DNA from: a virus
Lineage: Duplodnaviria; Heunggongvirae; Uroviricota; Caudoviricetes
DNA: 24,527 nt
Virus record (IMG/VR): IMGVR_UViG_2537562172_000002
Location: 1-24,527 of that record
Direction: 5' to 3' (one strand)
Shown here: piece by piece, positions 18,567 to 24,527 of the stretch
How the letters are laid out: every line of letters begins with the position of its first letter
How positions within the stretch are numbered: the first letter of the stretch is position 1
Made by a program: the position numbers and the translations under genes
Notes under the pieces: model-generated
Told to the model about the DNA's origin: nothing
Database searches by the model: none
What the model saw: only the letters and a program-made list of their open reading frames with translations

Positions 18567-18807
18567 CAGGCTGCGGCATTTTGTCCGCGCCGGGCTTCGC
18601 TCACTGTTCAGGCCGGAGCCACAGACCGCCGTTGAATGGGCGGATGCCAATTACTATCTCCCGAAAGAATCCGCATACCAGGAAGGGCGCTGGGAAACAC
18701 TGCCCTTTCAGCGGGCCATCATGAATGCGATGGGCAGCGACTACATCCGCGAGGTGAATGTGGTGAAGTCTGCCCGTGTCGGTTATCCGACAGGAAACAC
18801 TGAATGA
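18541..18807 (+). pseudogene. A: Terminase large subunit A, truncated after codon 82
   Basis: First 82 residues (MNISNSQVNRLRHFVRAG...KSARVGY) match lambda gpA; the frame then reads PTGNTE and stops. Junction near 18786 at a TATCC microhomology. Confidence 0.85.
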
Positions 18808-19810
18808 ATGCACCCGTGCGGAGCAGTCGGCCAGCGTGGTGCTCTGGGAAATCGACCTGACAGAGGTCGGTGGAGAACGTTATTTTTTCTGTAATGAGCA
18901 GAACGAAAAAGGTGAGCCGGTCACCTGGCAGGGGCGACAGTATCAGCCGTATCCCATTCAGGGGAGTGGTTTTGAACTGAATGGCAAAGGCACCAGTACG
19001 CGCCCCACGCTGACGGTTTCTAACCTGTACGGTATCGGTGCCGGTATTGAGAACACCCCTGACGGCATGCAGAGTCAGGTGCTGCTGGCAGCAGACAGGA
19101 TTGCGATGATTAATCCTGCGAATGGCAACACAAAGCCGATGTTTGTTGGTCAGGGCGATCAGATATTCATGAATGAAGTGTTCCTGAAACGCCTGACGGC
19201 CCCCACCATTACCAGCGGCGGTAATCCTCCGGCATTTTCCCTGACATCAGACGGGAGACTGACGGCGAAAAATGCGGATATCAGTGGCAGTGTGAATGCG
19301 AACTCAGGAACGCTCAACAATGTCACGATTAACCAGAACTGTACGATTAAGGGCATGCTGGAGGCGACCCAGGTCAGAGGAGATTTCGTTAAAGCTGTAT
19401 CAAAAGCCTTCCCGAAAAAAGTCGGTACGTGGGGTAACACGGAAACACCAAACGGTACGGTTACAGTCACCATCAGCGATGATCATAACTTTGACCGCCA
19501 GATTATTATTCCGCCCATTATTTTTAACGGTATAGCGTATGACGATCCGGGGAGCGGAAATAACCCAGGAGGCACGCGATACACGGGTTATGGTTTTGAA
19601 GTTCGCAAAAACGGCGTATTAATCGCATCCAGAGAAACTAAAGGGGCCATTCCCGGTAGTTACAGTGCAGTTATTGATATGCCGAGTGGCAGGGGAAGCG
19701 TCACTCTGGAGTTTAAGATTTTCCAGAAAGGCAATCAGGGGGCAGGCAATATCACCGACTGTACGGTGATTGTGACCAAAAAAGCCGCTTCCGGCATCAG
19801 TATTCGTTGA
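18776..19810 (+). pseudogene. In-frame fusion remnant: tail protein L N-terminus (~86 aa) joined to the C-terminal receptor-binding region of a J-like host-specificity protein
   Basis: ...[35 protein letters not shown]...TLTVSNLYG matches lambda L; the remainder ([22 protein letters not shown]...DDHNFDRQI...[10 protein letters not shown]...[10 protein letters not shown]) resembles the lambda J C-terminus; no RBS at the GTG. Confidence 0.65.
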
Positions 19811-19831
19811 AATATTTATAACCCCAATAAA

Positions 19832-19857
19832 GGGCGTCAGGAATGACGCCTTTTTTA
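19832..19857 (+). terminator. Rho-independent terminator upstream of lom
   Basis: Hairpin ggcgtca-ggaa-tgacgcc followed by tttttt. Confidence 0.6.
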
Positions 19858-19880
19858 TTGCAGAAAAGCGAGAGGTAATT

Positions 19881-20480
19881 ATGCGTAAAGTTTGTGCAGC
19901 AATTTTGTCCGCAGCCATTTGTCTGGCCGTATCCGGTGCGCCTGCATGGGCGTCTGAACATCAGTCCACGCTGAGCGCGGGGTATCTTCATGCCTCGACG
20001 AACGTCCCCGGCAGTGATGATCTGAACGGGATTAACGTGAAATACCGTTATGAGTTTACGGACACACTGGGGCTGGTGACGTCATTCAGCTATGCAGGAG
20101 ACAAGAATCGCCAGCTGACCCGTTACAGCGATACCCGCTGGCATGAAGATTCCGTTCGTAACCGCTGGTTCAGCGTAATGGCGGGGCCGTCTGTGCGCGT
20201 GAATGAATGGTTCAGCGCGTATGCGATGGCGGGTGTAGCTTACAGCCGTGTGTCGACTTTCTCCGGGGATTATATCCGCGTAACTGACAATAAGGGGAAA
20301 ACGCACGATGTGCTGACCGGAAGTGATGACGGTCGCCACAGCAACACGTCTCTGGCGTGGGGGGCTGGCGTGCAGTTTAACCCGACCGAGTCCGTGGCCA
20401 TTGATGTCGCTTATGAAGGTTCCGGCAGTGGCGACTGGCGCACTGACGGTTTCATCGTGGGTGTCGGTTATAAATTCTGA
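19881..20480 (+). CDS. lom: Lom-family outer-membrane beta-barrel protein (Ail/Lom/PagC family)
   Basis: Signal peptide MRKVCAAILSAAICLAVSGAPAWA; C-terminus IDVAYEGSGSGDWRTDGFIVGVGYKF matches lambda Lom as recalled; gagagg RBS. Confidence 0.9.
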   Translation: MRKVCAAILSAAICLAVSGAPAWASEHQSTLSAGYLHASTNVPGSDDLNGINVKYRYEFTDTLGLVTSFSYAGDKNRQLTRYSDTRWHEDSVRNRWFSVMAGPSVRVNEWFSAYAMAGVAYSRVSTFSGDYIRVTDNKGKTHDVLTGSDDGRHSNTSLAWGAGVQFNPTESVAIDVAYEGSGSGDWRTDGFIVGVGYKF

Positions 20481-20506
20481 TTAGCCAGGTAACACAGTGT
20501 TATGAC

Positions 20507-20534
20507 AGCCCGCCGGTTCAGGCGGGCTTTTTTG
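20507..20534 (+). terminator. Rho-independent terminator after lom
   Basis: Hairpin agcccgcc-ggttca-ggcgggct followed by ttttt. Confidence 0.7.
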
Positions 20535-20544
20535 TGGGGTGAAT

Positions 20545-23500
20545 ATGGCAGTAAAGATTTCAGGTGTACTGAAAGACGGCACAGGAAAACCGGTACAGAA
20601 CTGCACAATCCAGCTGAAAGCAAAACGTAACAGCACCACGGTGGTGGTGAACACGCTGGCCTCAGAAAATCCGGATGAAGCCGGGCGTTACAGCATGGAC
20701 GTTGAGTACGGGCAGTACAGCGTTATTCTGTTGGTGGAGGGATTCCCGCCGTCACATGCCGGGACCATCACCGTGTATGAAGATTCCCGACCCGGTACGC
20801 TGAATGATTTTCTCGGTGCCATGACGGAGGATGATGCCCGTCCTGAGGCACTGCGCCGTTTTGAACTGATGGTGGAAGAGGTGGCGCGTAACGCGTCCGC
20901 GGTGGCACAGAACACGGCAGCCGCGAAGAAGTCAGCCAGCGATGCCAGCACATCAGCCCGTGAGGCGGCAACCCATGCGACTGATGCTGCAGGCTCAGCA
21001 CGCGCAGCCAGCACGTCAGCCGGACAGGCCGCGTCGTCGGCTCAGTCAGCGTCTTCCAGCGCAGGAACGGCATCAACAAAGGCCACTGAAGCGGAAAAAA
21101 GTGCTGCCGCTGCAGAGTCCTCAAAAAGCGCGGCGGCCACCAGTGCCGGTGCCGCGAAAACGTCAGAAACGAATGCTGCAGCGTCACAACAATCAGCAGC
21201 CACTTCTGCATCCACCGCGACTACGAAAGCGTCAGAAGCTGCCACCTCAGCCCGGGATGCGGCGGCTTCAAAAGAGGCGGCAAAATCATCAGAAACGAAC
21301 GCATCCTCGAGCGCCAGTAGCGCAGCTTCCTCGGCAGCAGCGGCAGGAAATTCCGCGAAGGCGGCAAAAACGTCCGAGACGAACGCCAGGTCTTCTGAAA
21401 CGGCAGCGGGACAGAGCGCCTCGGCTGCGGCAGGCTCAAAAACAGCGGCTGCGTCGTCTGCCAGTGCAGCGTCAACAAGTGCCGGGCAGGCCTCAGCCAG
21501 TGCCACCGCCGCCGGAAAATCGGCAGAAAGCGCCGCATCGTCTGCTTCAACAGCCACAACGAAGGCTGGCGAAGCCACTGAACAGGCCAGCGCAGCAGCG
21601 AGGTCTGCTTCCGCAGCGAAGACATCCGAAACGAACGCGAAAGCGTCGGAAACCAGCGCAGAATCCTCAAAAACGGCTGCCGCATCGTCAGCCAGTTCGG
21701 CGTCGTCATCGGCATCATCTGCGTCTGCTTCAAAAGATGAGGCGACCAGACAGGCGTCAGCAGCGAAGGGTAGCGCCACGACGGCATCCACGAAGGCGAC
21801 AGAGGCAGCTGGCAGTGCGACGGCAGCAGCACAGAGCAAAAGTACGGCGGAATCCGCGGCAACGCGCGCCGAGACAGCGGCAAAACGGGCAGAGGATATT
21901 GCATCCGCCGTGGCGCTTGAGGATGCAAGTACGACGAAAAAGGGGATAGTACAGCTCAGCAGTGCGACCAACAGTACGTCTGAAACGCTGGCGGCAACGC
22001 CAAAGGCAGTAAAATCAGCCTATGACAATGCAGAGAAACGTCTGCAGAAAGACCAGAACGGCGCTGATATACCCGATAAGGGACGCTTCCTGAACAACAT
22101 TAACGCGGTCAGTAAAACAGACTTTGCTGATAAGCGTGGTATGCGTTATGTGCGGGTTAACGCTCCTGCAGGTGCAACATCTGGAAAATATTACCCTGTT
22201 GTTGTTATGCGTTCTGCTGGCTCAGTAAGCGAACTGGCATCAAGGGTCATTATCACCACGGCAACGCGAACCGCAGGCGATCCGATGAATAACTGCGAGT
22301 TTAACGGATTTGTTATGCCTGGTGGCTGGACTGACAGGGGGCGTTATGCTTATGGAATGTTCTGGCAATATCAAAACAATGAACGAGCCATCCACTCAAT
22401 AATGATGAGTAATAAGGGCGATGATTTGCGCTCTGTGTTCTATGTTGATGGCGCTGCTTTCCCTGTTTTTGCGTTTATCGAAGATGGCCTGTCAATATCC
22501 GCACCTGGTGCTGATCTCGTTGTTAATGATACGACCTATAAGTTTGGGGCAACAAATCCGGCGACTGAATGTATCGCGGCGGACGTTATCCTTGATTTTA
22601 AGAGTGGGCGTGGTTTTTATGAGTCTCATTCGTTAATCGTTAACGATAACTTGTCGTGCAAAAAACTTTTTGCCACAGACGAAATTGTAGCGCGTGGTGG
22701 TAATCAGATTCGAATGATAGGTGGGGAGTATGGGGCATTATGGCGTAATGATGGCGCTAAAACTTACCTGCTGCTTACCAATCAAGGTGATGTTTATGGT
22801 GGCTGGAATACATTAAGACCGTTTGCTATTGATAACGCAACCGGCGAACTGGTTATTGGAACCAAACTGTCCGCAAGTCTGAACGGTAATGCATTAACAG
22901 CAACAAAGCTGCAAACGCCAAGACGGGTTTCTGGTGTTGAGTTTGATGGTTCCAAAGATATTACTTTAACCGCCGCGCATGTGGCTGCTTTTGCCAGAAG
23001 GGCAACGGATACATATGCCGATGCGGATGGTGGCGTTCCCTGGAATGCCGAATCAGGCGCTTATAATGTCACCCGCTCTGGCGACAGCTATATTCTGGTT
23101 AACTTCTATACCGGAGTCGGAAGTTGCCGGACCTTGCAGATGAAGGCGCATTACAGAAATGGTGGTCTGTTCTACCGTTCTTCAAGAGACGGTTATGGTT
23201 TTGAGGAAGACTGGGCAGAAGTTTATACCTCGAAAAATCTTCCACCAGAAAGCTACCCAGTCGGCGCACCAATCCCGTGGCCATCAGATACCGTTCCGTC
23301 TGGTTATGCCCTGATGCAGGGGCAGACTTTTGACAAATCTGCTTACCCGAAACTTGCAGCCGCTTATCCGTCAGGCGTGATCCCTGATATGCGTGGCTGG
23401 ACGATTAAGGGCAAGCCCGCCAGTGGTCGTGCCGTATTGTCTCAGGAACAGGATGGCATTAAATCGCATACCCACAGCGCCAGCGCATCCAGTACGGATT

Positions 23501-23943
23501 TGGGGACGAAAACCACATCGTCGTTTGATTACGGCACTAAATCCACGAATAACACTGGTGCGCATACCCATAGTTTAAGTGGCAGCACGAATGCAGCTGG
23601 TAATCACAGCCATAGAGATGGCCGTCGATTTAACCCCAGTGTTTTTAAAGATACTTATCAATATGGTTATACAAGCTCAGGTCAAAATACCTGGGGTGTA
23701 CAAGGCTCAGTAGGTATGTCTACGGGGTGGTTAGCTAATACCAGTACAGATGGTAATCATAGCCACTCACTGTCCGGCACAGCAGCATCTGCAGGTGCAC
23801 ACGCGCATACTGTCGGTATTGGTGCTCATACGCACTCCGTTGCGATTGGTTCACATGGACACACCATCACCGTTAACGCTGCTGGTAACGCGGAAAACAC
23901 CGTCAAAAACATCGCATTTAACTATATTGTGAGGCTTGCATAA
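20545..23943 (+). CDS. stf: Side tail fibre protein (lambda Stf family), about 1132 aa
   Basis: N-terminus [26 protein letters not shown] and C-terminus ...[31 protein letters not shown] match lambda Stf as recalled; His-x-His repeats near the C-terminus. Confidence 0.9.
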   Translation: MAVKISGVLKDGTGKPVQNCTIQLKAKRNSTTVVVNTLASENPDEAGRYSMDVEYGQYSVILLVEGFPPSHAGTITVYEDSRPGTLNDFLGAMTEDDARPEALRRFELMVEEVARNASAVAQNTAAAKKSASDASTSAREAATHATDAAGSARAASTSAGQAASSAQSASSSAGTASTKATEAEKSAAAAESSKSAAATSAGAAKTSETNAAASQQSAATSASTATTKASEAATSARDAAASKEAAKSSETNASSSASSAASSAAAAGNSAKAAKTSETNARSSETAAGQSASAAAGSKTAAASSASAASTSAGQASASATAAGKSAESAASSASTATTKAGEATEQASAAARSASAAKTSETNAKASETSAESSKTAAASSASSASSSASSASASKDEATRQASAAKGSATTASTKATEAAGSATAAAQSKSTAESAATRAETAAKRAEDIASAVALEDASTTKKGIVQLSSATNSTSETLAATPKAVKSAYDNAEKRLQKDQNGADIPDKGRFLNNINAVSKTDFADKRGMRYVRVNAPAGATSGKYYPVVVMRSAGSVSELASRVIITTATRTAGDPMNNCEFNGFVMPGGWTDRGRYAYGMFWQYQNNERAIHSIMMSNKGDDLRSVFYVDGAAFPVFAFIEDGLSISAPGADLVVNDTTYKFGATNPATECIAADVILDFKSGRGFYESHSLIVNDNLSCKKLFATDEIVARGGNQIRMIGGEYGALWRNDGAKTYLLLTNQGDVYGGWNTLRPFAIDNATGELVIGTKLSASLNGNALTATKLQTPRRVSGVEFDGSKDITLTAAHVAAFARRATDTYADADGGVPWNAESGAYNVTRSGDSYILVNFYTGVGSCRTLQMKAHYRNGGLFYRSSRDGYGFEEDWAEVYTSKNLPPESYPVGAPIPWPSDTVPSGYALMQGQTFDKSAYPKLAAAYPSGVIPDMRGWTIKGKPASGRAVLSQEQDGIKSHTHSASASSTDLGTKTTSSFDYGTKSTNNTGAHTHSLSGSTNAAGNHSHRDGRRFNPSVFKDTYQYGYTSSGQNTWGVQGSVGMSTGWLANTSTDGNHSHSLSGTAASAGAHAHTVGIGAHTHSVAIGSHGHTITVNAAGNAENTVKNIAFNYIVRLA
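20900..21950 (+). repeat. Low-complexity Ala/Ser/Thr-rich repeat region inside stf, with recurring KTSETNA-like units
   Basis: GCN-rich codon repeats; generate long spurious ORFs in other frames and on the opposite strand. Confidence 0.7.
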
Positions 23944-24527
23944 TGGCATTCAGAATGAGTGAACAACCACGGACCATAAAAATTTATAATCTGCTGGCCG
24001 GAACTAATGAATTTATTGGTGAAGGTGACGCATATATTCCGCCTCATACAGGTCTGCCAGCAAACAGTACCGATATTGCACCGCCAGATATTCCGGCTGG
24101 CTTTGTGGCTGTTTTCAACAGTGATGAGGCATCGTGGCATCTCGTTGAAGATCATCGGGGAAAAACCGTCTATGACGTGGCTTCCGGCGACGCGTTATTT
24201 ATTTCTGAACTTGGCTCGTTACCGGAAAATGTCACCTGGTTATCGCCGGAAGGGGAATATCAGAAGTGGAACGGCACAGCCTGGGTGAAGGATACGGAAG
24301 CAGAAAAACTGTTCCGGATCCGGGAGGCGGAAGAAACAAAAAACAACCTGATGCAGGTAGCCAGTGAGCATATTGCGCCACTTCAGGATGCTGCAGATCT
24401 GGAAATCGCAACGGAGGAAGAAAACTCGTTGCTGGAAGCCTGGAAAAAGTATCGGGTGTTGCTGAACCGTGTTAATACAACAACTGCACCTGATATTGAG
24501 TGGCCTACGAACCCTGTCAGGGAGTAA
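23943..24527 (+). CDS. tfa: Tail fibre assembly protein, 194 aa
   Basis: ATG overlaps stf stop (TAATG); position and size match lambda Tfa; the ORF ends exactly at the window end. Confidence 0.9.
   Translation: MAFRMSEQPRTIKIYNLLAGTNEFIGEGDAYIPPHTGLPANSTDIAPPDIPAGFVAVFNSDEASWHLVEDHRGKTVYDVASGDALFISELGSLPENVTWLSPEGEYQKWNGTAWVKDTEAEKLFRIREAEETKNNLMQVASEHIAPLQDAADLEIATEEENSLLEAWKKYRVLLNRVNTTTAPDIEWPTNPVRE

Larger units (their letters stand above)
1445..24527. mobile_element. Defective lambdoid prophage integrated next to thrW; right boundary lies beyond the window
   Basis: An integrase begins 15 bp after the tRNA; ordered phage modules follow (int/xis, early operon, cI/cro, Q, lysis, cos/nu1, lom/stf/tfa). 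Head and tail genes are deleted. Confidence 0.85.

Noticed and set aside
20688-21971. Several long ORFs overlapping stf in other frames and on the minus strand (Arg-rich 335 aa, Ala-rich 309 aa, and others)
   Set aside because: They coincide with the GCN-rich repeat tract of stf; the translations are extreme low complexity, they lack RBSs, and stf itself is clearly the coding frame.

Overview
The window runs from a complete proA gene and tRNA-Thr (thrW) into a lambdoid prophage integrated at the tRNA 3' end and continuing past the window end. Left to right: integrase and excisionase; a tightly coupled leftward early operon (YfdT/S/R/Q/P-like, including an HD-domain hydrolase); a cI/cro immunity region flanked by operator repeats; cII-like, HTH, KilA-N and Cys/His-rich early genes with no recognisable O/P replication genes; a QuuD-like Q antiterminator; a beta-class DNA methyltransferase; a phage-21-type lysis cassette (pinholin, SAR endolysin, Rz with embedded Rz1); a lambda-type cos site and nu1; then lom, stf and tfa. 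The morphogenesis block is gone: gene A stops after 82 codons and an L N-terminus is fused in frame to a J-like C-terminus, so this is a defective prophage. Three cargo loci stand out as defence candidates. The strongest is a convergent, 3'-overlapping two-gene module between Rz and cos (a PD-(D/E)xK nuclease-like protein plus a 355-aa partner). The second is an AT-rich KAP-family (PifA-like) P-loop NTPase on the opposite strand between Q and the late genes. The third is a plus-strand zinc-ribbon/coiled-coil gene in the early-left region. No CRISPR array, rRNA or transposase was seen. All calls rest on reading the translations and sequence by eye; family names are from memory and need HMM or BLAST confirmation.
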